This document shows positions 39,326 to 48,486 of a DNA stretch of 64,000 nucleotides, in pieces; within the stretch, counting starts at the first letter, position 1; each line of letters begins with the position of its first letter. This DNA comes from Verrucomicrobiaceae bacterium (lineage in GTDB: Bacteria; Pseudomonadota; Gammaproteobacteria; Pseudomonadales; CAMLJR01). The notes beneath the pieces were generated by a model. The model saw only the letters and a list, made by a program, of their open reading frames with translations. It was not told the origin of the DNA and did not search any database. Both the position numbers and the translations under genes were made by a program. The DNA lies in the NCBI GenBank assembly GCA_028293825.1, contig JAQGNY010000048.1, forward strand, positions 11,023 to 75,022, written 5' to 3'.

Positions 39326-39811
39326 TTAATTAATCGGGACCGAAATTGGGGCGGATAGCGAGCTCTCCAATCCGTTTTGATCGAGTGCCGTGATTGCGAA
39401 TGTGTAAGTGCCTGCCACGCTGAGAGTTATTTGCAGAGCAGTGGTCGAACCGCCGCTAACGGGCAGCACCGTATCGTTGCTCGCGTCGGTTCCTTCGACG
39501 GCGTAATAGATTCGATAGCCAGACAATTCACTCGCAGTTATCGGCGAGCCGTCTGCTCGGGTGACGGGCATTGACCAAGTCAGTTGGATTGAATAAACGG
39601 TGGGCGTAGGCGGGGGAATGGTGATTCCGCTACCCGAATTCGAGCCAGAGCCGGAAGACGCACTGCCGTTGCTTGTACTGCCAGAACTGTTGTTAGAGGA
39701 GGTGGCCGGTGTCGACGATGAGTTGCCGCCGCCGCTCCCGCCGCCGCATGCGGCGAGCAGCGTTGTGATAAAGCCAATTACCATCCAAGTGCGAACGGCT
39801 CGCAGAGGCAT
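39326..39811 (-). CDS. Lipoprotein with Ser/Gly linker and a fibronectin type III-like domain
   Basis: Lipobox LAAC-GGG; SIQLTW, GYRIYY, GTYTFAITA, LES..S; start ATG at 39811. Confidence 0.8.
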   Translation of the reverse strand: MPLRAVRTWMVIGFITTLLAACGGGSGGGNSSSTPATSSNNSSGSTSNGSASSGSGSNSGSGITIPPPTPTVYSIQLTWSMPVTRADGSPITASELSGYRIYYAVEGTDASNDTVLPVSGGSTTALQITLSVAGTYTFAITALDQNGLESSLSAPISVPIN

Positions 39812-39979
39812 GTTGTAATTCTCTTTTATAGTTGGTTTCCACTTCACTGTGGTTGAACGGCGCGCTCGGGCTGCGCTCCACACTGGCACGGATTGTAAGA
39901 TGTGCCAGCCCCATGAACAACAGAAATGATCGTTTTTTGTGCGCTTGTTGCGGGGTTTGCGAAGGAGACTGGCGGTATC

Positions 39980-40975
39980 TCAACGATCTCGATCAACCGC
40001 GAGCTGACACAGCCGATTTAACGCTTGCAGATAAGGCGAATCGGACAGCCCCGATAACTCATTTGCAGCAGCCTCGGCGTAAAAACGGGCTCTTTCCATT
40101 GTGTAATCGAGAGCCCCGCAACGCGTTACTGCGGCAACCACTTCTTCAATGCCGCTGGCGTCGCGATTAGTAATCGCGGCGCTGATGAGGTCCCGCTCGG
40201 TATCGCTACCGCTATTTATCGTCGCGATTAGAGGCAGCGTAGGCTTGCCTTCGCCGAGGTCATCGCCGATATTTTTCCCCATCTTTTCGGGATCGCCGAG
40301 ATAGTCCAACACGTCGTCGGCCAACTGAAACGCGATGCCGAGATTGAGGCCGTAGCGATAGAGGCGAGCGCTGGTTTCAGTGTCTGCTGCGCTAATAAAG
40401 GCGGCGCCTTGGGCAGCGGCGGCAAACAGCACGGCGGTTTTATTCTTGATGACTTCAAAATAGGCGGCTTCGCTCGTCGATGCGTCGCCGGCTTTGGTTA
40501 GCTGCAGCACTTCGCCTTCCGCGATGGTATTGGTGGTATCAGCGAGCAATTGCATCAGCGGTAAATTGCCGAGTTCAACCAGCAACTGGAACGCTCGTGA
40601 ATACAGAAAATCGCCGACTAATACGCTGGGCGCGTTGCCCCATTGCGCATTCGCCGTCGGCCGGCCGCGGCGCAGGCTGGAAATATCGACCACGTCATCG
40701 TGCAGCAATGTGGCGGTGTGGATGAACTCGATGATGGCGGCGAGCGAAATATGCTCGCGCTGAACATTGCCGAGCGCGCCAGCGCCTAGCAGCACCAGCA
40801 ATGGCCGCAAGCGCTTGCCTCCGGCATCGACAATGTAATGGCCAATGTTTTCGACGAGCGCAACTTTGGAATGAAGTTGATCGATGATGAGCTGGTTGAC
40901 CTGGTCGAATTCGCTGCTCATCAGCGTACGGATTTGCTGCATGGATACAGTACTACTTGGCGGGGAGTGCGGCAT
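39980..40975 (-). CDS. ispB: Octaprenyl diphosphate synthase
   Basis: GGKRLRP, LLHDDVVD..LRRG, FQLADDVLD, GKNIGDDL.EGK. Confidence 0.93.
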   Translation of the reverse strand: MPHSPPSSTVSMQQIRTLMSSEFDQVNQLIIDQLHSKVALVENIGHYIVDAGGKRLRPLLVLLGAGALGNVQREHISLAAIIEFIHTATLLHDDVVDISSLRRGRPTANAQWGNAPSVLVGDFLYSRAFQLLVELGNLPLMQLLADTTNTIAEGEVLQLTKAGDASTSEAAYFEVIKNKTAVLFAAAAQGAAFISAADTETSARLYRYGLNLGIAFQLADDVLDYLGDPEKMGKNIGDDLGEGKPTLPLIATINSGSDTERDLISAAITNRDASGIEEVVAAVTRCGALDYTMERARFYAEAAANELSGLSDSPYLQALNRLCQLAVDRDR

Positions 40976-41028
40976 CGTAGAGTTCGGATCGAAGCCCTGT
41001 CAAGAAAACCGCAGCCGGTAAACCGTCG

Positions 41029-41499
41029 TTACATCTGTTCCAGATCGCGCAATTCTTCCGAATAGCGGCGGCAGTTTTTCCACAGCCACTCGTCCAGCTG
41101 ATTGGCCTGGTCCAAATTGCCGCGATTGCGCGATTGAATGGCGTTTAATTTTGCGCCCCGACAGCCTTCCCAATCGTCTTTTAGCGCGCTGATTTCAACG
41201 GGCGGTGTGGCGGGGGTGGAGTTGATGATGACCGGCCGCCGATAGTAAGGAGAGGGTCGGTTTTCCAGGCGTGGACCGCAGCGCAAATCGCGATTGGGGC
41301 CGCTGCAATCGAGGAGCGGTGGATTCTCTTTTGGCGGTGGTGGGGGTGGCGGCACGCTTACCGCTGGCCTGTTTTTTGGCAGATCGTTGTCGTCGGCCAG
41401 CGCCAATGACGGTACTAACAATGTGCAGGCGAACAATATGACCGCCAGTTGACGCCATCCGCTGTTGCCGGCTTTGCGTTGATACAAGCTTCCATCCAT
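41029..41499 (-). CDS. Hypothetical secreted Pro-rich protein with 4 Cys in the mature region
   Basis: Signal peptide (SLALA), poly-Pro, helical C-terminus; same strand as neighbours. Confidence 0.55.
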   Translation of the reverse strand: MDGSLYQRKAGNSGWRQLAVILFACTLLVPSLALADDNDLPKNRPAVSVPPPPPPPKENPPLLDCSGPNRDLRCGPRLENRPSPYYRRPVIINSTPATPPVEISALKDDWEGCRGAKLNAIQSRNRGNLDQANQLDEWLWKNCRRYSEELRDLEQM

Positions 41500-41534
41500 T
41501 TTCGATCATCCCGCTATCAATTGGTCGTGTGCAA

Positions 41535-42395
41535 TTAGCCGCGTGCGTTCAGTGCGCCCATTAAGCCTTTGACCGCGCCGGGGATATCGCCAGGCAGCAC
41601 GATCGTTTTTGCATTGGTCGACGCGGCCAAATCGCCTAGGCGTTCTACATATTTCTCGCCGAGCAGATAAACCATTGGCAGTGAATTGTTGCCGACGGCA
41701 GCGGTGATTTTTTCGATGGCCTTCTGGCTGGCCTCGGCGAGCACGACTTTCGCTTCGGCATCGCGGCGGGACGCTTCAAGTCGGCCCTCCGCCTCAAGAA
41801 TTCGCGCCGCTTTCTCACCATCGGCGCGAGTAACAGTGGCGCGCCGTGCGCGCTCGGCCGCCGCTTGTTCTTCCATCGCCGACTGCATCGTTGCCGACGG
41901 TTTGATGTCCTGCACTTCGACCGTTTTCAGCGTGATGCCCCATTCGGCGATGTCGTCGGAAATCGATGCTTTCAGTTTGGCTTTGATCATGTCACGCGAC
42001 GATAACGCGGCGTCGAGCGACATTTCGCCGACGATGGAGCGCAGCGCGGTTTGCACCAGCATGCGGATCGCGACAGTGTAATTGTCGATGCCGTACACGG
42101 CTTTTTCCGGGCTGATGATGTTGATGTAGGCCACTGCGTTGACGATGATGACGACGTTGTCCTGCGTTATGACTTCCTGGCTTGGGATGTCGAGCACGAT
42201 GTCTTTGGTCGTGACTTTGTAGGCGACATCGTCGATATACGGAATGACGAAATTGAGCCCCGGCTGCAGCGTCATGTGGTATTTGCCGAAGCGTTGGACG
42301 ACGAATTTGAAGCCCTGCGGCACCAGCCGTACGCCTTTGGCGAGCGTGACGCCAATGGCAATCAGAATTGCGATCGGAATGATCAGTGAGTTCAT
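41535..42395 (-). CDS. qmcA: SPFH/band 7 (QmcA-like) membrane protein
   Basis: VVQRFGKY, QEVITQDNV, LRSIVG, WGI, AERARRA. Confidence 0.85.
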   Translation of the reverse strand: MNSLIIPIAILIAIGVTLAKGVRLVPQGFKFVVQRFGKYHMTLQPGLNFVIPYIDDVAYKVTTKDIVLDIPSQEVITQDNVVIIVNAVAYINIISPEKAVYGIDNYTVAIRMLVQTALRSIVGEMSLDAALSSRDMIKAKLKASISDDIAEWGITLKTVEVQDIKPSATMQSAMEEQAAAERARRATVTRADGEKAARILEAEGRLEASRRDAEAKVVLAEASQKAIEKITAAVGNNSLPMVYLLGEKYVERLGDLAASTNAKTIVLPGDIPGAVKGLMGALNARG

Positions 42396-42443
42396 TACCT
42401 TCCCCTAATTAATAAAATTCATTATTGAATTGTTCGATGACGA

Positions 42444-42887
42444 TCAGAACTTCTCGATCAAAAGCGCATTGCCGAGCACGTCGATCACCTTGCAGCGATC
42501 GCCCATTACGAGCGGCGCTTCGCACAAATACGGCCACTCGTCCTCGCCCAGCAGTGGCACCGAAAAACGCACGATGCCGCGCACATGCTCGGCACTTGGC
42601 TTGATCACCGTGCCGATTTGGCCGACGGCGGCTTCACGCGAAATACCCGCTTTGGTTTTGTCGAGCATGCGTGGTTTGAAATAGCGAAACCAGGCGACCG
42701 CCAGTCCGGCAGTGCTGATAGCCCAGATAACCAGTTGGATCGTTAATGAAAGCGGAAGGATGGCGGCCAAGGCAGCGACGACAAAGGCGCCGAGACCAAA
42801 CCATAAGACGGTGAAGCTGGGGACGAAAATTTCAAAAACGCAGAAGGCGATACCGATCAGCAGCCATTGCCAGATTTCGATGTGCAT
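42444..42887 (-). CDS. NfeD/YbbJ family protein
   Basis: W.LIG, EIFVP, WFGLGA, C-terminal OB fold; adjacent to the SPFH gene. Confidence 0.85.
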   Translation of the reverse strand: MHIEIWQWLLIGIAFCVFEIFVPSFTVLWFGLGAFVVAALAAILPLSLTIQLVIWAISTAGLAVAWFRYFKPRMLDKTKAGISREAAVGQIGTVIKPSAEHVRGIVRFSVPLLGEDEWPYLCEAPLVMGDRCKVIDVLGNALLIEKF

Positions 42888-42962
42888 AGCGAGTTCAATC
42901 CATTCGGTGTCGCCGGAAGTCTAGCACGGCCATAGTTGCGCGGAGATCGCCGCCGCGCGACG

Positions 42963-43760
42963 TCACATAACCAGTTTTACCCCGGTAAAGAGTAGGATTG
43001 CGGCGAGCGCCGGCCGCAAATAATGATCCGCCACATTGCTCGCCAAATGGCTGCCGATATAAATGCCGGGCAGCGAGCCGATCAATAAATTGCCCAGCAG
43101 GCCCAGATTGAGATTGCCGAAACCGGCGTGGCCGAGCCCCGCCAGCAGTGTCAGCGGCACGGCATGGGCAATCTCGGTGCCGACTAATTTAGTCGTCGGC
43201 AACAGTGGATACAGTAGAAATAGCGCGACGGTGCCGACCGCGCCGGCGCCGATCGAGGTGATCGTCACGATTGCGCCGAGCAACACACCGACGGCAACGG
43301 TCGCGATGTCCTGTTGCTTAGGATTCATTCGCGTCATCCAGAAATCGTTGCGATGGCTGTAATCGAGTAGCTTTTGTTTAAACACGATGGCCAGCGCGGT
43401 AAAGATCAGCGCAAAGCCGAGCATGGTTTTGATAAAGGTGTTCATGCCGGCGCCGCTGAAACCGATGTAGTGCATCGCGAGCAGTGTAATCGCCGATGCC
43501 GGCAGACTGCCGAGCGCCAGCCAGCCGGTGATGCGCCAATTGATGTTGTCGTGCTTACTGTGGACGAAGACGCCGCCGGCCTTGGTGATCGCGGCGTAGA
43601 GCAGGTCGGTGCCCACCGCCGCCGAAGGCGCAATGCCGAAATGCAACAGGATCGGTGTCATCAGCGAACCGCCGCCGACACCCGTCATCCCGACAATAAA
43701 TCCCACCAGTAATCCGGACGCAACGTAGATCCAATCGAAAGCGGGCCAGTCGAAAACCAT
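42963..43760 (-). CDS. Sulfite exporter TauE/SafE family
   Basis: GMTGVGGGSLMTP, AVGTDL, TSIGAG, VGTEIAHA. Confidence 0.9.
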   Translation of the reverse strand: MVFDWPAFDWIYVASGLLVGFIVGMTGVGGGSLMTPILLHFGIAPSAAVGTDLLYAAITKAGGVFVHSKHDNINWRITGWLALGSLPASAITLLAMHYIGFSGAGMNTFIKTMLGFALIFTALAIVFKQKLLDYSHRNDFWMTRMNPKQQDIATVAVGVLLGAIVTITSIGAGAVGTVALFLLYPLLPTTKLVGTEIAHAVPLTLLAGLGHAGFGNLNLGLLGNLLIGSLPGIYIGSHLASNVADHYLRPALAAILLFTGVKLVM

Positions 43761-43944
43761 AAAGACCTTTATTTTTCTAAGTGTTGTTAAATCAGCAGGG
43801 CGCGCAGATTACCAGTTGCCTGTGGTCCTTTAATACGAAAACTTGTGCGCCCGGCCTTTGTGCCGCGCGGCGGTTTCCCTCGTCATGGTGTGACGGTAGA
43901 CTCGCGGCTTCGACAGCGGGGCATTCAGTAAGTAGAGGCAATCA

Positions 43945-44952
43945 ATGAGCAAGGGTTATCGCATGCCGGCGGAGTGGCAACCGCATGAACGCTGTTGGAT
44001 GGCATGGCCGAGCAATGCCGACATCTGGCCGAACGGCATGACCGCGGCACGGCGCAACTTCGCTGCCGTGGTGCGCGCCATTCTGGAGTTCGAGCCGGTG
44101 ACCTTGCTGGTGCGCCCGCAGGACCGTGAGGATGCGTTTCGCCGTTGCGGCGAACAGGTGACGTACTGGGAATATCCGCTCGACGATTCGTGGATGCGCG
44201 ATTTCGGCCCGACCTTAGTGGTCAATGCGCAAAATCAACTGGCCGGCGTCAATTGGACCTTCAACGGCTGGGGCAAATACCCGCACGAGAACGACCGGAA
44301 CGTGGCGCGCTTTATCCTCGACCAACTGGGTCTGCCGTCTATCGATGTGCCGCTGGTGCTCGAAGGCGGCTCGATTCATGTCGATGGCGAAGGCAGCGTG
44401 CTCACCACCGAGCAATGCCTGTTGCATCCAAATCGCAATCCGCAATTGAGCCAAGGAGAAATCGAGGCTGAAGTGCTGGAGAATCTCGGCGCGCAATCGA
44501 TGATCTGGTTGCAGCAAGGGTTGAAAGACGACGACACCGACGGCCATATCGACGAGATCGCCTGCTTCGTAAAACCCGGAGTCGCGCTGGCCTTGATCAG
44601 CAACGATTCGAACGATATCGATTACGCACCGCTACAAAATAACTTGAGCATCCTGCGCAACGCCGTCGATGCGCGCGGCCGCAAACTTGAAGTCATCACG
44701 GTGCCGCAGCCCGAAATCGCCTACAAAGGTGGCGCGCGGTTATCGCAGTCGTACGTTAATTTTTACATCGCCAATGGCGGCATCGTGATGCCGGCTTTCG
44801 GTGATCGCAAAGCCGATGATCGCGCGCGCGGTGTGCTCAGCGAAATCTTTTCGCCGCGCAAAATTTTGCAAATTCCCGCGCGCGAATTAGCGTACGGCGG
44901 CGGCAATATTCATTGCATTACACAGCAGCAACCGCTGCTAGCGAGAGGTTGA
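43945..44952 (+). CDS. aguA: Agmatine deiminase
   Basis: RMPAEW, DSWMRDFGP, LEGGSIHVDGEG, DTDGHID, SYVNFY, GGGNIHCITQQQP. Confidence 0.95.
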   Translation: MSKGYRMPAEWQPHERCWMAWPSNADIWPNGMTAARRNFAAVVRAILEFEPVTLLVRPQDREDAFRRCGEQVTYWEYPLDDSWMRDFGPTLVVNAQNQLAGVNWTFNGWGKYPHENDRNVARFILDQLGLPSIDVPLVLEGGSIHVDGEGSVLTTEQCLLHPNRNPQLSQGEIEAEVLENLGAQSMIWLQQGLKDDDTDGHIDEIACFVKPGVALALISNDSNDIDYAPLQNNLSILRNAVDARGRKLEVITVPQPEIAYKGGARLSQSYVNFYIANGGIVMPAFGDRKADDRARGVLSEIFSPRKILQIPARELAYGGGNIHCITQQQPLLARG

Positions 44953-44957
44953 AATAG

Positions 44958-45839
44958 ATGCGTAACGTAACTGTCGCCGCCACCCAAATGGCCTGCGGTT
45001 GGAATCGCCCGGAAAATATTCAGCGCGCCGAAAATCTCGTGCGCGAAGCGGCCAAACAGGGCGCGCAAATTATTTTGCTACAGGAATTATTCGAGACGCC
45101 GTATTTCTGTATCGATCAGAACGCGCAGCATTTTGCGTTGGCGACCACGTTGGAGGAAAACCCAGCAGTCAATCATTTTCGTAACGTTGCGCGCGAGTTA
45201 GCGGTGGTATTGCCGATCAGTTTTTTCGAGCGCGCCAATAATGCGAACTACAACACCACGGCGGTGATCGATGCCGACGGCAGCGTGCTCGGTATTTATC
45301 GAAAAACGCATATTCCGAACGGTCACGGCTATCAGGAAAAACAGTTTTTCAATGTTGGCGATACCGGTTTTAAAGTGTGGCAGACGCGCTACGGAAAAAT
45401 CGGCGTCGGCATTTGCTGGGATCAATGGTTTCCGGAAACCGCGCGTGCGATGGCTTTACTCGGCGCGGAATTAATTTTCTATCCGACGGCGATTGGTTCC
45501 GAGCCGCACGATCCGAGCATCGACTCGAAAGATCATTGGCAGCGCGCGATGCAAGGACACGCCGCTGCGAATTTGGTGCCGGTGATTGCATCGAATCGCA
45601 TCGGCACCGAAGCGAGTGTGACTGACGAAAAACTGCAAATTACATTTTACGGCTCGTCATTTATTTGCGATGAAACCGGCGCGATGCTGCAGGTCGCCGA
45701 TCGCGCTAGCGAAGCGGTGTTGGTGCAAAGTTTCGATCTAGATGCGATTCGCGATCGGCGTATTGCCTGGGGCGTGTTTCGCGATCGGCGGCCGAGCCAA
45801 TACGGCATGTTGCTCACTACCGATGGCGGCGCCGCCTAA
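44958..45839 (+). CDS. aguB: N-carbamoylputrescine amidase
   Basis: LQELFETPYFC, YRKTHIP, GICWDQWFPE, YPTAIGSEP. Confidence 0.95.
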   Translation: MRNVTVAATQMACGWNRPENIQRAENLVREAAKQGAQIILLQELFETPYFCIDQNAQHFALATTLEENPAVNHFRNVARELAVVLPISFFERANNANYNTTAVIDADGSVLGIYRKTHIPNGHGYQEKQFFNVGDTGFKVWQTRYGKIGVGICWDQWFPETARAMALLGAELIFYPTAIGSEPHDPSIDSKDHWQRAMQGHAAANLVPVIASNRIGTEASVTDEKLQITFYGSSFICDETGAMLQVADRASEAVLVQSFDLDAIRDRRIAWGVFRDRRPSQYGMLLTTDGGAA

Positions 45840-46053
45840 ATAATGCAAGCGCTCGACACGCAGAGTGTGCGCTGCATAGCGTTTAAACAGATGCGAACGC
45901 AGAGCTGGGCCGGCTTGCCAAGTCAGTCACACTCTCAGCCGTGTCTTTTAGAACGATGCGGCCATAATTAACGCCAAGGTTCAGCACGAGTGCCCTCGGC
46001 ATGAAAATAATATTTTGCGGTAGCAAATTCGAGCGGAGTGCGAAAGTTCGAAC

Positions 46054-47481
46054 ATGAGCGACCGTGAGCAAGGCGTGATTCACCATGCGGTGATTTTCTT
46101 TGATGGCGATGCCGTCGTTAAAGAAATGCTACAGGTGGAATTTGAAGCGGTGCTCGACCAAGTGGTCGGCTTGTCCGAATTCGCGGGTCGTGAAATCGGC
46201 GCGTGTTTTTTGCGGATCAACCAGCGTTTGCAAATTGTCGGCGCGGTGTTTTTTCTGGTCGATTTCGATCTGCGCGGCTACGTGAATCGCAGTTGGAATG
46301 TGCCGCTCGAACATTTACTCGATAACGCCGGGCGTGGCCCGGATTTAGGCGGCGGTCGCATTCGCTTATCGTGCCGCAGCCAATGTTCTATTCCGTGGCA
46401 TTCGCGGCAATTGTGGGACCCGAATCTCGACGGCGAAAATAATTCGCTGCAAAAAATGATGCAGGCATTGCAGCGCAATCGGTTAGGTTTGGCGGCCGAT
46501 GTACCCGAGATGACTGACACCGTCGAGCAACCGCCGCTGTTGCATACATTGAGCAATATCGAGCCGGTCGAATCGATAAAAACCAAATCAAAAGAAAAGC
46601 CCGCCGAAACCGAGCGCCAAATCGTCGAGCGCGTTAATTTGCGTTTGCAACAGGAATATCGCCATAAGCTGACCGCGTTGCAGGAAGAACAGCAATTGCA
46701 ATTGGCGACGGTGAAATCGACGTATCAGCAGCAGGTCGATCAGTTGCATCAGCATTATCGAATGCAGCAAGGCCAGTTCAAAGAAGCCATTGAGTCGGCG
46801 AAGAATGTGATTCGCGAAGAAAAGCGCCGCAATCAAATGCTGAAAGACAAGCTCGACAATCAGGCCGATGAATTTCAGCGCACGCGCGAAGCATTGCATC
46901 AAGAAGTTGCGCATGAGCGCGAGAGCGCGCAGGAACGCGGCCAACAACAAGTGCAACAGCAATTCGATATCGAATTAAAAGCGCGCGTGGAACAGGCCAG
47001 CGCTGAGCTGAAAGAAATGCTCGACATGCGCGAGGTCGAATTATTTTATCGCGAAGAACAATTGGGCACGCTGCGCGAAGAAATTGCACGGCTGCGCCAA
47101 GATCGCGAGCGTTTGGTTGGCCAGGGCGGCGATCGGTTATTGCAGCACTTGGTCGAAAATGGTGTCGCGTTTGTCGCCTATCAACCCGGTGTTGAGGCGA
47201 TGACGATTCCGTTTATGGATATTCCACGCTATTTGGAATCGCCATTGGATTATGTCGCAGAGAAGTGCACGGTGACGCCGCAGCAATATCAGGAATGGTT
47301 AAATCATTACGAATTGCCGGTGTGCGCCGCTACTAAAGCGGATGGCGCGCGCTGCGGCGAACTGGTTGAAAAAATCGAACGCCCGCATCAGTTTTTGCCG
47401 GGCCGCAGCGACCGTTGCGCAATCCATCGCGATGCCGAACAAATACCGCCGCGCGTTGCGCATAAACTTGGCAACAATTAA
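46054..47481 (+). CDS. Conserved hypothetical coiled-coil protein with a putative C-terminal Zn site
   Basis: N-terminal EFEAVLD/WNVPL domain, long heptad region, C-terminal C..C..CxxH. Confidence 0.7.
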   Translation: MSDREQGVIHHAVIFFDGDAVVKEMLQVEFEAVLDQVVGLSEFAGREIGACFLRINQRLQIVGAVFFLVDFDLRGYVNRSWNVPLEHLLDNAGRGPDLGGGRIRLSCRSQCSIPWHSRQLWDPNLDGENNSLQKMMQALQRNRLGLAADVPEMTDTVEQPPLLHTLSNIEPVESIKTKSKEKPAETERQIVERVNLRLQQEYRHKLTALQEEQQLQLATVKSTYQQQVDQLHQHYRMQQGQFKEAIESAKNVIREEKRRNQMLKDKLDNQADEFQRTREALHQEVAHERESAQERGQQQVQQQFDIELKARVEQASAELKEMLDMREVELFYREEQLGTLREEIARLRQDRERLVGQGGDRLLQHLVENGVAFVAYQPGVEAMTIPFMDIPRYLESPLDYVAEKCTVTPQQYQEWLNHYELPVCAATKADGARCGELVEKIERPHQFLPGRSDRCAIHRDAEQIPPRVAHKLGNN

Positions 47482-48458
47482 TGCTGTATCAGTTAGCGCA
47501 GAGCGCACCGATGCAACGCGTGCAATTGCTCGAATGGGAGCAACGTGGCGTCGATTTACAAATATGGCGGCTCGATCAACTCGATGTGGCGGCGCCGGGA
47601 AATAAATTATTTAAACTCGATGCCAATTTACGCGGCGCGCGCGCGGCCGGATATTCGCGCGTACTCAGTTTTGGCGGCGCCTTTTCCAATCATATTCACG
47701 CGCTGGCTTTAACCGGCGCCGCGCAGGGTTTTAGCACAGTAGGAATTATTCGTGGCGAGGCCGATGCTGCGAATAATCCGACGTTGAGCGACGCAGTTGC
47801 CGCCGGCATGCAGTTACATTTTGTCGATCGCAGCAGTTATCGGATGCTATCGAAACTGCGTCATGGCGATGATTTAGGCGCTGCGCTCGGTGCGCAATTC
47901 GTGGATTGTTATGTCATTCCGGAAGGAGGCGCCAATGATCTCGGCGTGATCGGTTGCAAAGTATTGGGAGCTGCGCTCGCGAATACTGCGCACGCGGATG
48001 CGCAAATTGTATTGCCGTGTGCCACTGGCACCACATTGGCGGGATTGGTGGCTGGTTTGAACAATGCGAATACGGTGCTCGGCGTGGCCGTTTTAAAAGG
48101 TGCCGAATCGATGGCAGCAACAGTGCGCACCACGCTCAACAGTATCGATGCACACCACTGCACACGCTGGTCGATCGACACTGCGCATCACGGCGGCGGT
48201 TACGCGCGTATGTCGGCTGACCTGGAACAATTCATCGCTAATTTTCAGCAGCAGACGCGCATTCCGATCGAGCCGGTTTACTCCGGTAAAATGTTGTACG
48301 CTATTCACCGTCGCATTGAACGCGACGATTTCGAGCGCGGCACCCGGTTAATTGCGTTGCATACCGGGGGTTTACAAGGGATGCGCGGGTTTGGCTACCG
48401 GAAAACCCAGCAAATGAATAAGGCCGGCTTTTCCCACAGCGTTTTGCGAGTGGGTTGA
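47481..48458 (+). CDS. ACC deaminase/D-cysteine desulfhydrase family PLP enzyme
   Basis: GNKLFKL, SFGGAFSNH, IPEGG, ATGTTLAG, EPVYSGK, HTGGLQG. Confidence 0.9.
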   Translation: MLYQLAQSAPMQRVQLLEWEQRGVDLQIWRLDQLDVAAPGNKLFKLDANLRGARAAGYSRVLSFGGAFSNHIHALALTGAAQGFSTVGIIRGEADAANNPTLSDAVAAGMQLHFVDRSSYRMLSKLRHGDDLGAALGAQFVDCYVIPEGGANDLGVIGCKVLGAALANTAHADAQIVLPCATGTTLAGLVAGLNNANTVLGVAVLKGAESMAATVRTTLNSIDAHHCTRWSIDTAHHGGGYARMSADLEQFIANFQQQTRIPIEPVYSGKMLYAIHRRIERDDFERGTRLIALHTGGLQGMRGFGYRKTQQMNKAGFSHSVLRVG

Positions 48459-48486
48459 CACCTGCTATCGCGCTGTCGGAATCGTA

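Noticed and set aside
46054-47481. ParA/SMC-type ATPase call
   Set aside because: No Walker A or B motif is visible; only coiled coil.
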